This document shows positions 44,665 to 56,431 of a stretch of 64,000 nucleotides of DNA, piece after piece. The notes under the pieces are model-generated. The model made no database searches. It was given only the letters and a program-made list of their open reading frames with translations, and had not been told where the DNA came from. Made by a program: the position numbers and the translations under genes. Source of the stretch: Diplonema japonicum. Taxonomy: Eukaryota > Protista > Euglenozoa: Diplonemea. Position 1 is the first letter of the stretch, and each line of letters opens with the position of its first letter. The stretch covers positions 496,001 to 560,000 of the forward strand of contig OZ025669.1 in the NCBI GenBank assembly GCA_964019335.1, given 5' to 3'.

Positions 44665-44679
44665 TCCTTCCCTCCCTTT

Positions 44680-44714
<35 letters not shown>

Positions 44715-44802
44715 GTAACGGAGTGGGATAAAAAAAAAGGGGGAGAAAAAAAAAAAGAATACTTACACACTTTCTGTATTTTTTGTGGATTTTTCTTTTT
44801 TC

Positions 44803-44843
<41 letters not shown>

Positions 44844-45159
44844 CTCCTCCATTTTTTCTCTTTGTTCTTCTTTAGGGGGTAGTGTGTGGGTGGGTGGGTA
44901 GGGGTGTTTTTTTGTTTCTCTTCCTTTGTTCTCGTTACCCCACCCCCCACCTTTTTTTCTCTTTGTGGTTCCTTCTATTCGATCCCTCCTCACAGTTACT
45001 TACTTTACTGTTCTTTAAAAAAAAAAGGCGTTGTAAAAGGAAATATCCCACTCGAGGACTGCCCTTTAAAAAAAAAAAGAAAAGAAAAAAAAAACCTGAG
45101 GGAAAAAAAGAAAAAGGGGAAAAAAAGAAAAAAAGAAAAAAATCATCATCTTTTAGAAA

Positions 45160-47270
45160 TCAGTTGCAATCGAGCAGCGTTCGGACATTGTCAGGCGTGT
45201 GTTGGAGCATTTTACGAGGGTTTTGATACCCGTTGGCCGGATCCATCATTGCCTCGTATACCTGTTTTTTTTTGTTTTTTTTTTTTTTAAATCCCCCCCA
45301 TCTTCATCCCCTCACACCTTCGCGTAAGCATCACAGATAGCTTTTATAGTTCTGGTGCTGATCATATCCCTCACTCTCATAGCCAGAACCTTCCCACTTA
45401 AAGGCAGCGGAGCAGAACCAAGCGTATACATGTACTTGTAGAAAGCCTGAATAGCCTCTTCCATGGCATGAGGTGATGTGGTGGCAAAAGACGACAAAGG
45501 CTCGGAGGTGGTGGTGGTAGTTGTAATTTTTCTGAGGATGTCAGAGAGGCCGGACTGGCGGAGTAGCGTGTCGGACTGGATAGAGACGAGAGTGGCAATT
45601 TGAGAGTTGAAGGTTTCACTGATTTTAACGGCTTTCTTGCGAGTGAAGGTGTGGTCCCCGAATGTGGACAGAATGACGTGCAGGCAGTTGATCGACAGCA
45701 CAAGCTGCTGCTGCGCATCTATCTCGTCGACTTTTTCAATCAGCGTCAGAAGGGGGTCCACAATGCCAGACAGCACAGCAGCAAACTCCTTCTCCCTGTC
45801 CTCAGGCGGGATCAACGACTCAGCCAGCGTGTCCATCATCATCTTCAGCTTACTCAACGCCTCGTGTATGATAGGCGGTGGGGTCAGTTCCTTTGTAATA
45901 TGTAGCGGTGTTGCAAGCAGCTTGTCACTCATCACCTTCAACATGTCGATGAACTGCTTCAACGCCTGCAGTTTCAAATCGGTCAGCAGTACCGACAACG
46001 CAGCATTGGTCCCCAGAAGAGGAGGTATCATGTTGCAGTAGAACTCCAGCACGCTCTCCAGCCTGAAGTACACCACAAGGTTTGCCGACATGCCCGACGG
46101 GGTGTTCTTCAACACTTCCGTGATGCGTGGTCCGAGCTGCTTCACCAACCCTTCAAAGGTTTGATCTAGAAGGTCTGCTTTGCTGATTTCCAACACAACA
46201 TCAGGTGCGACGCCTGTCAGCGGGACATGCTTCGTGCTCGTTGTTGTGGTTGTGAAGAAGTTGTTGATCAGATCGTTTTCCTCTGCGACGGCTTGATGCA
46301 CCCATGCTAGCATGTCGCCCACGTACCTCAAGGGGTCATGGGCGTGAGCATCGATGGGTCTGTTTGACCCCCCGCCGCCTCTTGTCATCGTTGTGAAGAA
46401 TTTCCTCGCCAAGGCTTGTTTCCTCACAGCCGCGATTTCCTTCACGCACCCGCACCACAACGGGCCCCTCTCACGCAGGGTGTTCAGTGCACGGATGAAC
46501 AGTGTCGGGACCTCTGGCACATCTTGCGACATAACGTCGTTCACGTTCACATGGATCCACTTGTTGAGCTTTTCGTATCCTTGCGACTGTTGCAGATACG
46601 TCATCTCCATGACCTCAACACCTGCCTGTTGATGCTGTGCCGTCAGGAGGTCCGAGCAGTGGTTGTGTATATCCTTCACCTTCTCCAAAACGGTGAAGAA
46701 CTGCGGCGTGACATCTCCCCGCAGCACCTGTTTCTCCTCGGGCGTCAGATGGAACCTGTCGAGGAACGTCTTCACCTGGTCTTCCTTTGTCTTCGTTGCT
46801 TCCAGTTCCGTCTGCAAAACGGCAATCTGGTCGATCATCTCTTGGCTCTCTACTTTCGTTGTCCTCAACGAAGTCTGCATCACGGAGCAGGACTGTGACA
46901 GGTCGTGCACATCGGATGAGACTCTGTTGAACTGTTCGATCACAGCCCGATACTCGTTCAGGAACATCTCGTGGAGGGCCAATGTTCTTTTTTCTAACGC
47001 ACCGCGTAGGTTTCTCCTCTCCCCGCTGGCCCCCATCTCGCCTTGCTCGTACACGTCTGAGACTGCCTCAAGGCTCGTTCGCATATGATCGTCCATTGGG
47101 ATGTCAAGCACTTTCTTCAGCTTCCTGTTTAGCGTTGTGTTCGGTGCGCTCTGCGACCCCATCACACCCCGTCCCAAGTAGCTCCCACTCACACCCATCG
47201 AGATCCCCGACATCTCCGACCCCTTCCCGGAGGCCACACTAATGTTGCTCGACGCTCGTTGGAGCTCCAT
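45160..47270 (-). CDS. COG6: Conserved oligomeric Golgi complex subunit 6; intron 45262-45317
   Basis: RRNLRGALEKR, RPIDAHAHDPLRYVGDMLAWVHQA; spliced last exon VYEAMMDPANGYQNP..TPDNVRTLL matches the COG6 C-terminus. Confidence 0.92.
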
Positions 47271-47470
47271 CTTAATGAAACCCTGTTGCCGGGTTTGAGG
47301 GGAGGGGAGGGGAGGGGTGGGGAGCGACAACAAAAAAGAAGAACAAGGAAAATAAAAGTTCTTATCCCCATATCTCTGAAACCAGTCTGGTCAAATCGCT
47401 CGAAGGGGGCAATAGAGGTTGGCTGAGAATCTTTTTTATCACGCAAGAGCCAACCCTTCCGAGGGAGTGC

Positions 47471-47501
<31 letters not shown>

Positions 47502-47685
47502 GAAGAAGAAAAGAAGAATGACTTTGGTTGCTTCATAAACCGCCTGGCGAAAAAGGTTTTCGGGACAGACTTTTGTGGTCAAGGGTTATCAAACGGGTTT
47601 TAGAGATATGAGGCGTTTAAAAAGCATTACTAACTGAAAAAGATTATCCCCCCCCCCCCCCCCCCACCCCATTTAGACCAATTCA

Positions 47686-48609
47686 TTAAACGCAAGCTGG
47701 CATGCATGGTACACGGGCGTTGGTGATGCACTTCATCCTATCTGCGTATAAAGCGGAGGCAGTTTTACCGCCAGCGTCTTTGCGGTCGGGGTCAGCACCT
47801 GCCTCGACGAGGAGTGTGTAGGCTTCATCGTAGCATTGCAGCCCAGCGTAGTGTAAAGGTGTCCGGAGGGACTGGTTGCAAGGGTGGTCGATGCTGGCGT
47901 TGTGTTGAATGAGGAACTTGATGACATGACAATGCCCGCGGAGGGCTGCTTGGTGGAGGGGCGTCTCCTGCTTCTTATTGACTGCATTAGGGTCAGCACC
48001 ATGGGCTAGGAGAATAGTACAAACGCTAACAGAACCGTGCATCGCGGCTAAATGTAAAGCTGTTTGGCCTGAATATTGCTGTGCGTTAACATTTGCTCCT
48101 CTTCCGAGCAGAAACTCTGCTATGTCAGCGTCACAGTAGTCGCAAGCGTGGTGAAGCGCGCTGGACCTATCGGCTGCAGGCTGCATGTTCACATCCACAC
48201 CAATATCGAGGATTTTGACAACAGCGTCAGCACTGCCAAACTTTATCACGTCCTTCATTAAGTCCGGTGACTCAACACCCGCTTGAATAAGGTTGCACAC
48301 CTCTTCCCATCTTCTCCTCGAAATAGCATCGGTGAGGGCACTTTCTGTCGCTTCGATCTTATGGTCTTCCAACCATTTTCTGGCTTCTTTCCTCCTTGAC
48401 AGTGACACGATGACGATGTCGTCCATGGCTATCCCGATGGGGGCCAGCTCCTCCTTGTCCAGGAAGGAGCCTCTGTATTCAATTTCAACGTTACAAAGCT
48501 CGAAGTCGAGCGCGGTGCAGACGGCGTTGTAGATGGCTGCTGGCGAGTCCTCATCGATGGCCACGTTGGTGTATTCTTTCACTCCTTTGACTTGGGCTAA
48601 GATTTCCAT
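47686..48609 (-). CDS. Ankyrin-repeat protein with possible ubiquitin-like N-terminus
   Basis: SALHHAC, GQTALHLAA, ETPLHQAA, RTPLHYAG, LL..GA.VN/GADPN repeats. Confidence 0.88.
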   Translation of the reverse strand: MEILAQVKGVKEYTNVAIDEDSPAAIYNAVCTALDFELCNVEIEYRGSFLDKEELAPIGIAMDDIVIVSLSRRKEARKWLEDHKIEATESALTDAISRRRWEEVCNLIQAGVESPDLMKDVIKFGSADAVVKILDIGVDVNMQPAADRSSALHHACDYCDADIAEFLLGRGANVNAQQYSGQTALHLAAMHGSVSVCTILLAHGADPNAVNKKQETPLHQAALRGHCHVIKFLIQHNASIDHPCNQSLRTPLHYAGLQCYDEAYTLLVEAGADPDRKDAGGKTASALYADRMKCITNARVPCMPACV

Positions 48610-48694
48610 TTTTTTTTTTTGTTCTTGAGACTGTAGTGGGAATGTTTTTTTTTTTTTTTTTTTTTCCAGTAGGGTTGGGGGGGGGAGAAAAAAA

Positions 48695-49459
48695 TTATTG
48701 AGTTGCAGCTTGTCGCACAAACTCTTCTCTCGCCATCCCAGCGCACCGGAGGAATTTCGTTGACTCGGGTGAACAATGTACTACCTCCTCGGCTCTCCAA
48801 TCGTCAGCAGACGCATCGCGATTCTGTACCCCAATATCCAGGGCTTGGCGGTAGCATTTGTACAAATCAATTCGCTCGGAGCTGCACGGGATCTGTTGGA
48901 ATAAATGGAACAATTGGGTGGGGGGAGGGTAACATACTGTCTGCGAGACTCCGAATGAGTTTTCTCTGTACCTCCCTACTGTCTGAATTCTTGAGATCGT
49001 CCCTTCCAGCGGCTCCATGATCTTTTTCACTGATTTAATCTGTAAGTTTTTTTTTTTTTTTTTTTTTTTTCAAAAAAAAAAAAAAAAAAAAAAAAGCCAA
49101 ACCGTTTCTTCCGACATACTGCCGAAGTTCACGCGCGGCTGGCTCCCCACGTCTTTCATGTCTACCGCTGTTGGGAAGGGCGGCAGTTCTGCCTTCCCTT
49201 CGGTCACTATTCTCTCCACAATTTTCTCCTCTCGAATACCAAACATTTTTTGTACCCTCGCCACTAGTCCCCATCCCATGCTCAAAGTAGTTCGTGGGTG
49301 GTCAGTCATGCTCCCTGGAGCAGGCAGTGTACTGGGAAGCCCAGTTGGGAATACCTCTCCTGTTTGGCCTATCCCCATATTAACAAACACTTGACCCAGC
49401 ATGACGTCCCGTCTGTTCTCATGAAGGGCTTGTTTCTCCTCTATTGTTAATTCGGCCAT
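48695..49459 (-). CDS. Twin-CX9C (CHCH) protein, Mic19/CHCHD3-like C-terminus; introns 49040-49102 and 48893-48937
   Basis: Spliced frame ends IPCSSERIDLYKCYRQ...HCSPESTKFLRCA, giving two exact CX9C motifs. Confidence 0.7.
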
Positions 49460-49721
49460 TTTTTTTTTTTTTTTTTATAGACCTCGCGTGCTCGTACCTT
49501 TGACAATATTTCGAGAGGACAGGAGTAATAAGAAAGGGGGGAAAAAAAAAGAAAAGTAACACAAGCATGAGATGGGGATGGGTGTGAATAAAAAAAAAAT
49601 ATAGGAGTGCTCATTATGCCTCCCCTTCTGTTTTTCTTCCTCCTTGTTTTTTCTTCTTTTTTTTTTCATTTTTGTTTCTTTTTAAGTCTTTAAGTGTGAA
49701 AGGGTGGTGAGGAGGGAAGGG

Positions 49722-49756
<35 letters not shown>

Positions 49757-50430
49757 GAGCAGCAATTAAATAATTAAGAAGAAGAAAAAAGAGAGATAAA
49801 AAAATAAAAAAAGGAAAACAAAAAAAACCTGCCCCAAGCTTTTTTTTCTTTCTTTTTTTTTCTTGATTTCTTTTTCACTTTTAGGCACTGGTTTCAAGCC
49901 TACAGGCAATGGAAGAGGGGACTATGCAAATGGCATTTATTTTTTTTCATTTTCTCCTTTACTTCTTATTTTCTTCTTGCAATTTTTTTCCCCTCTTTTT
50001 GGCGGGTTGGGGGGGGGGGGGGGTGAGAAATAATAATAATAAAAAGAAAATACGATCACAGTAACCAAATAAGTTTCGTCCCCCCCCCCCCCCCCCCCCA
50101 CCAAACCGTAGGAGGGGATATTTATTGGACGCCAGGCAACCCACTGGACGATGAACTGCTTACAGATTACCGGGCTGCAGTTTCCTCTCGAAAAAAAAAA
50201 TTGTAAAATGTCAATTAGAAGGCACCTACCCTCTCACAGCATCGTATTCCCCGTTGCAAAGTGGGGGCAAGAAGATACACTAAAAAAAAAAAAAAAAGAG
50301 GGGGTGGCGAGAGGGGGGGAGGGGGTACCTCTTTAAGTGTATTATATTTGACAGGGTTCGATCCCTAAATCTAGTTCATTCTACTGTTCACTTTCCATTT
50401 TTTTTTTTTTTTCCTTCCCCGTTTATCTGC

Positions 50431-52125
50431 CTACGGGTTGCTACGGTAGAAGGCCACCTCGTGTGCGCACACCCTCATGTCGAAGCCAAGCCTGCGGAGG
50501 AAGCCGTGGGTTTCCGTGCACGGGTTGTCGTGGTGGAAGTACAGCTTGAACCCCAGTCGCTTGTGGCCTTCCCAGAAGTTCGCAAGTAGCTTGGCATCGG
50601 GTGTACCACGCATCCCAAAGTGGTGCGACAAGTGGACCTCCCAAATCAGTACCTTCACCTTTGCAATTGTCTCAGGGTGTCTCTGGATCCAGTCGAAGGC
50701 CTCCCACTCGCACCCCTCGCAGTCCACGCGGAGCATGTGGATCTCCTTGTGCCCAAGCTGGTCCATCAGTTCCTGCAGGTGGAACAGCGGCCCACCAACG
50801 TGCCCGTAACTCGTTGCCCTGTGGATCGCATGGGACTCGCCCCTCAGACCCTTGAAGTGGAAGTGGACTCCAGGGTGTCTGTGCCTCGCATGGGATGCCC
50901 TTAGGTTATCCGTGGGGTCAAACCCATGCACCTCTGCGTTCAGCAGTGTGGCAACGTTGTCCTCGAAGTCCCACTCGCCACCAATGCCCACCCCGTACAC
51001 AATGGGCTTGGGGATGTCGCGGAAGTTCTCAATGAAGGTCTGGCAGATGGGAAGGGCAGAGGCTGTGATCCTCCCCTGCAGGGCAAGCGCCACAGCGTTC
51101 GGCACACTGCGCGCCTGGTGGTTGGGGTCGAAGATCTCCCTCGTGGGGCACTGGATCAGGGCAGGCCCCTTGTTACAACAGTGCGACCAGAAGGGAAGGG
51201 GGCGGAAGTAGTTGTCACCGAGAATCCAGGACTCCTTTGCAATATCGGGGCAGGGAATGGCCACGCTAGTATCAGACGAGGTATAAGTGAGCTTCCTTGT
51301 GGTGTTGTAGGTTTGCTTCTCGCTGGGCGTGAGGGTGCTCATGATGTTAGTCCATTCAGCGTTTGTTTCGGGGCTCTCGCAATTACCTGCCTTGAGAACA
51401 CGACCGAACTCCTTGATGGACTCAAGCTGCTCGGGGGTCACGTTGTGCCTCTCGACCTCAGCAGCGAACTGCTCATCAGAGAGCTCACCGGGTCTGGGGC
51501 GGAGGACGTCGGAGTTGTCGATACGGGACCATGTGAACTCGTTGTAGTTGAACCACCTCCTGATACCGGGTTTCATGGCCCAACGGAAGTGGATACCATT
51601 GGGTGTAAGACGGCCGGAGTACCCATTGTAGCAGGCGTGGGTGTTGGGGCGGAACTCCACACTCTGGTCAGGGTTGACGTTGAGGAAGGCGGGCGACCAC
51701 TCGGACCCAATGTCAGTAACCATAATAACACTGTCGCTAAGGGGCGTGATGTATATGTTGTTGTGGTAGTTGCCCTTGAGCGGCATAGTGAGGGAGCTGG
51801 GACTGACGATGGAAGGGACAGGCTTGGCTGTAGGAGGCGACAGCTCAACACCCCTCACCTTGGCGAAGTTCGTAGGAGGTGACTCAGGCACTGAAGCTGC
51901 CACCGCAGGTGTTGATGCCACCACTACAGGGGCTACTGGTATAGCCGGGATCGCAGGTGCACCAGGTACAGGCACTGGAACTGGAATTGGCACTGGGACA
52001 GGAACAGGAACCTGGACCCGAACAGGGACAGGGACAGCTACTTGCACAGGTTTACTTTGTTGTGTGTAGCACCACACGAACATCGCACCCAGCACAACTG
52101 TTAACAGTTTTGTGCGAACGGACAT
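50431..52125 (-). CDS. METTL24/FkbM-like methyltransferase with type II membrane anchor, copy A
   Basis: N-terminal TM, (VP)n stalk, IVYGVGIGGEWDFED, EVHGFDPT, MLRVDCEGCEW, LIWEVH. Confidence 0.85.
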   Translation of the reverse strand: MSVRTKLLTVVLGAMFVWCYTQQSKPVQVAVPVPVRVQVPVPVPVPIPVPVPVPGAPAIPAIPVAPVVVASTPAVAASVPESPPTNFAKVRGVELSPPTAKPVPSIVSPSSLTMPLKGNYHNNIYITPLSDSVIMVTDIGSEWSPAFLNVNPDQSVEFRPNTHACYNGYSGRLTPNGIHFRWAMKPGIRRWFNYNEFTWSRIDNSDVLRPRPGELSDEQFAAEVERHNVTPEQLESIKEFGRVLKAGNCESPETNAEWTNIMSTLTPSEKQTYNTTRKLTYTSSDTSVAIPCPDIAKESWILGDNYFRPLPFWSHCCNKGPALIQCPTREIFDPNHQARSVPNAVALALQGRITASALPICQTFIENFRDIPKPIVYGVGIGGEWDFEDNVATLLNAEVHGFDPTDNLRASHARHRHPGVHFHFKGLRGESHAIHRATSYGHVGGPLFHLQELMDQLGHKEIHMLRVDCEGCEWEAFDWIQRHPETIAKVKVLIWEVHLSHHFGMRGTPDAKLLANFWEGHKRLGFKLYFHHDNPCTETHGFLRRLGFDMRVCAHEVAFYRSNP

Positions 52126-52882
52126 CTTTTTATTTTAATTCCTGTAAACCGGTTTCAAAAAAAAAAACCCCCCCCCAGAAGAAAAAAACAAATAACGCAC
52201 AACAAAAAATAGGAGAGAAAAAGAAGGGGATACACCCACCAACGGAAGCATAAGAAGAAGAAAACTATAAAAAGGATATAAAAGGGGCCAACCAAAAGAG
52301 AAAAAAAACCCCCCCCCAACAAATAAAGTTGGTGACCACAAAGCTGATAGAATGGGGGGAGCAACTAGCATTCCCCCCTTTCTTTTTCATCTTCGTGGAT
52401 AGAAACATTGAATTGTACATAGGCAACCTTGCAGGAGAAAGAGGAGAAGAAGAAGAAAGGAAATCGTTTTACGTACGCTTATGGCGTCTGTACTTTTTAT
52501 TTTGTTTTCTTTTTCTTTTTTTTTTTTTTTTTTTTCCCATTGCACTGTACTATTGTTGTTTGCAAAAGGTTTTTACACGGATCCTTCTTTCGAGAAAGGT
52601 AAGGAGAGGATTCATTCTTCGGAACAATACGCACATGAATATTCTTTCTTCTTACGTCTATTCTTTCTCCCTTTCCTTTTCTTTCCCCCCCCCCATCTTT
52701 TTACAAGTTGTCTATTCTTATAATTTTTCTTTACATTCAGCAGTCCCCCTCTCCCCCCCTTCTTTTTTCGTAAATAAATCTTTCTTCACAAACACTAAGT
52801 TATTTCGTTCAGGTAACTTTTCTTTCTTTTTTTTTTTTTTCTCTTCTCTTTTTTTTATGTATGTTTTTTGTTATTCCCCATA

Positions 52883-53378
52883 GGCCACAGTCATCTAGAG
52901 TCAAAAAAGGCGATTGTCAAAGTAGAAAAAAAGATGTCTTTGAGGGAACCTGTTCCTCTAGGATAGGGTGGGTGATCTTCGGGGATGCGAAGACCGGTCG
53001 AGTAGAGTACCCAGTGATGGGATGGCTGTGGATGTCCGAGTCCGTTGATTCCGTGTATCTGGGTGCAGGTCGGCCAGCTCCTGTGTTTTTGCACCAGCCA
53101 CTTGCGGTCGACGTGGAGGGGGCCGCGGATCTTCTCAAAAAAAAAAAGAAAAAGAAAAAACGGTGTTGTTTAAGTTCATTGCTAAGGAACCTGTTGGGTC
53201 CTTGCAGGGTGTACCCGTTCTCAGGGGAGCACTGCACTGGGAGGCGAAGCAAGCTGCGTGGCCTGACTTAAAAGCACATCCTTCGCAGTGAAGGTTAGTC
53301 TCCTGGTTTGCTCAAGAGCTTCCAAAAAAGAAAACCAGAAAAGACTACAACCTACCGTGGCTCCCGATGACTGTGGCA
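52883..53378. mobile_element. Candidate MITE (~496 bp, imperfect TIRs, TA flanks)
   Basis: Left TA-GGCCACAGTCATCTAGAGTCA; right TGGCTCCCGATGACTGTGGCA-TA (12-bp perfect core GCCACAGTCATC). Non-coding, higher-complexity interior. Confidence 0.55.
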
Positions 53379-53513
53379 TATGATTATCTTCAGTTTAAAA
53401 TAATAAAAAAAAAATCTATGTTTTGGTAAAGGTAAGGTTGATTCAAGCAGTTACCAGATTCCCCTGAGTACGGTGCTCTCAGAACACGCAGATGACGAGC
53501 ACCCTAACACGCA

Positions 53514-55136
53514 CTATGTCTCGCGGAAAAATGCAATCTCGTGTGCACAAACTCTGCCATCGAAGCCAAGCTTGCGGAGGAAGGTGTGTGTGTCCGTGCA
53601 CGGGTTGTCGTGGTGGAAGTACATCTTGAAGCCCAGTCGCTTGTGGCCTTCCCAGAAGTTCGCAAGTAGCTTGGCATCGGGTGTGCCACGCATCCCAAAG
53701 TGGTGCGACAAGTGGACCTCCCAAATCAGTACCTTCACCTTTGCAATTGTCTCAGGGTGTCTCTGGATCCAGTCGAAGGCCTCCCACTCGCACCCCTCGC
53801 AGTCCACGCGGAGCATGTGGATCTCCTTGTGCCCAAGCTGGTCCATCAGTTCCTGCAGGTGGAACAGCGGCCCACCAACGTGCCCGTAACTCGTTGCCCT
53901 GTGGATCGCATGGGACTCGCCCCTCAGACCCTTGAAGTGGAAGTGGACTCCAGGGTGTCTGTGCCTTGCATGGGATGCCCTTAGGTTATCCGTGGGGTCA
54001 AACCCATGCACCTCTGCGTTCAGCAGTGTGGCAACGTTGTCCTCGAAGTCCCACTCGCCACCAATGCCCACCCCGTACACAATGGGCTTGGGGATGTCGC
54101 GGAAGTTCTCAATGAAGGTCTGGCAGATGGGAAGGGCAGAGGCTGTGATCCTCCCCTGCAGGGCAAGCGCCACAGCGTTCGGCACACTGCGCGCCTGGTG
54201 GTTGGGGTCGAAGATCTCCCTCGTGGGGCACTGGATCAGGGCAGGCGCTTTATTGCAACAGTGCGACCAGAAGGGAAGGGGGCGGAAGTAGCTGTCACCG
54301 AGAATCCAGGACTCCTTTGCAATATCGGGGCAGGGAATGGCCACGCTAGTATCAGACGAGGTATAAGTGAGCTTCCTTGTGGTGTTGTAGGTTTTGCGCT
54401 CGCTGGGCGTGAGGGTGCTCATGATGTTAGTCCATTCAGCGTTTGTTTCGGGGCTCTCGCAATTACCTGCCTTGAGGGCTCTGCCGAACTCCTTGATGGA
54501 CTCAAGCTGCTCGGGGGTCACGTTGTGCCTCTCGACCTCAGCAGCGAACTGCTCATCAGAGAGCTCACCATGCCTGGGAGCAAGGATGTCGGAGGAGTCG
54601 CTGCGGGACCAGGTGAACTCATTGTAATTGTGCCACCTCCTGATACCGGGTCTGCTGACCCAACGGAAGCGGATGCCATTGGGTTGGGCAACCCCTGAGT
54701 AACCGTTAAAGGAGGCATGGGTGTTGGGGCGGAACTCGGCATGCGTCTCACCGTTCTTCACAAAGACATCAAGGAAGGCGGGCGACCACTCAGCACCGAT
54801 GTCGGCGGCCATGATGACAGAGTCTGAGATGGGCGTGATGTGTATGCTGCCGCCGTAGTTACCCTTCAGCTGCATCGAAGGTGCCGAGGGGTTGATCCCA
54901 GCAGGCCTGGGCAGGGCAGTAGGTGGCGCTGCTTCCACACCCCGCACCACGAGCTTCTTTCCCGTTTCACGAACCACTTCTGGGACGACTTTGTAGGAAG
55001 ACACAGCCTCCGTAGGTGAGGGGGGCACCACATAGTGAGATCGGTCAGACTTAAACGGCACCACAGAACTGAACGGCATGAATAGATACATTGCTATCAA
55101 TATGAACGCCACAGCGAATCTAAACTTCGTGCTCAT
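53514..55136 (-). CDS. METTL24/FkbM-like methyltransferase with type II membrane anchor, copy B
   Basis: Same motifs as copy A; start at MSTKFRFAVAFILIAM (55136). Confidence 0.85.
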   Translation of the reverse strand: MSTKFRFAVAFILIAMYLFMPFSSVVPFKSDRSHYVVPPSPTEAVSSYKVVPEVVRETGKKLVVRGVEAAPPTALPRPAGINPSAPSMQLKGNYGGSIHITPISDSVIMAADIGAEWSPAFLDVFVKNGETHAEFRPNTHASFNGYSGVAQPNGIRFRWVSRPGIRRWHNYNEFTWSRSDSSDILAPRHGELSDEQFAAEVERHNVTPEQLESIKEFGRALKAGNCESPETNAEWTNIMSTLTPSERKTYNTTRKLTYTSSDTSVAIPCPDIAKESWILGDSYFRPLPFWSHCCNKAPALIQCPTREIFDPNHQARSVPNAVALALQGRITASALPICQTFIENFRDIPKPIVYGVGIGGEWDFEDNVATLLNAEVHGFDPTDNLRASHARHRHPGVHFHFKGLRGESHAIHRATSYGHVGGPLFHLQELMDQLGHKEIHMLRVDCEGCEWEAFDWIQRHPETIAKVKVLIWEVHLSHHFGMRGTPDAKLLANFWEGHKRLGFKMYFHHDNPCTDTHTFLRKLGFDGRVCAHEIAFFRET

Positions 55137-56431
55137 TGTTGCCCCCCCAAACTTTACTCTGGTACCTTTGTTTTGATTTTTTTTTTGTTTGTCCTTAGAA
55201 GGGAACACAGGGGAAAAAAAAGAAGAAAGGACTATAATAAAAAAAAAGGAAGTTTAAAACGAGGGAGGTATAAAGAGAGAAAAAAAAAGAAGGAAGAAAC
55301 GGGGGTAGGGGAGGGGAATAACGAAAGCTTATAGACTCCCCCCCTCCTATTTTTTTTTTTAAATTCACTGTAGCATGAATAGAAGGAGTACTGGACATTA
55401 CCAGCCGAAAGTATATTTCTTTTTTTTTTTTAAATAAAAAAAAATCAAATGCAATATGGTCAAAAATAATAATAAATTATTTTTGCTGACAGTAAGGAAA
55501 GCCGTTTCTGTAGGCATTCACACCTTTGCGTTTTGCCCCTTATTCGAGCGGAAAACCAAACGATGAGGTTTACCAACATTTTTTTTTTTTTTTTTTTTTT
55601 TCCCCAAGGAATTAAAAAAAAAGAGGGAGGTTAATGGAGGTTGGAGCAGGTAGAGAGGGGGGGAAAGAAAAGGAAAAACGAAATGAGAAAAAGAGGCAAA
55701 AAAAAAAAGAAAATTAAAAAAAAAGTTAAGACAAGTGTTTCCCTTTCCCCCCCCCCCCCCCTTCTTTTCTTTAAGTTCTTTCTCCCATTGTCCCCCGCTC
55801 GCTTTAAATCTTTTTTTTTAAACCCCTTCCCCCACCCTTTCCTCTTCCAAAAACTTCTTTTTGAAACACTCTTTTTTATTTTCCCCTCCCCCAAAACGTT
55901 TAAAGGGGTGGCGTGTCAGTATCTTTTTGTTTTTTTTTCTTCTTCTTTTTTCATTTTTTTTCCCCTTTTCTCAAACCGACAACAAACCACTTTTCCCCAT
56001 CTTGCACACCGCCGATTTCTTTTTTTTTTTTAAAGTTGTCGTTTCTTTGTGAAATACTACCAACTTGGAGAAAAGCTCTTAAAAAGCCCTATGTTTTTAA
56101 CCCCCCTTTTCTTTTTTGTGATCTTCTGTAATATTGAGCAATCTCTCTCTTTTTTTTTTTCAAAAGAGATTCAAAAAAGAATTCCCCACCCCCCCTCTAC
56201 TTCGGTCAAACATCATCATTTTTTTTTGATTCTGGATCCACATGAAGCACAAAAGGCATGGAGAGATATATGGAGGAAAAAAAAAAAAAAAAAAAAAAAA
56301 AAAAACACCACCATTTCCTCTGCGCTTCTTTCGATCCAGGGATAAAAAAACAAGAGAAAAAAAAAGGAAAAAAAAAAAAAAAACAAGAGAGGGAAATAAT
56401 AATAAGGGGGGGGGGGGATACATCCTTTCCC

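Noticed and set aside
50353-50366. AGGGTTCGATCCCT, a T-arm/B-box-like hairpin
   Set aside because: No acceptor stem, D-arm or A-box; the same string occurs by chance inside the BTB CDS near 43580.
53185-53265. Resemblance to the ingi/L1Tc 5' signature (HDV-like ribozyme)
   Set aside because: Only a short CAGGGT..GTACCC..GGGG similarity; the P3/P1.1 pseudoknot elements cannot be built.
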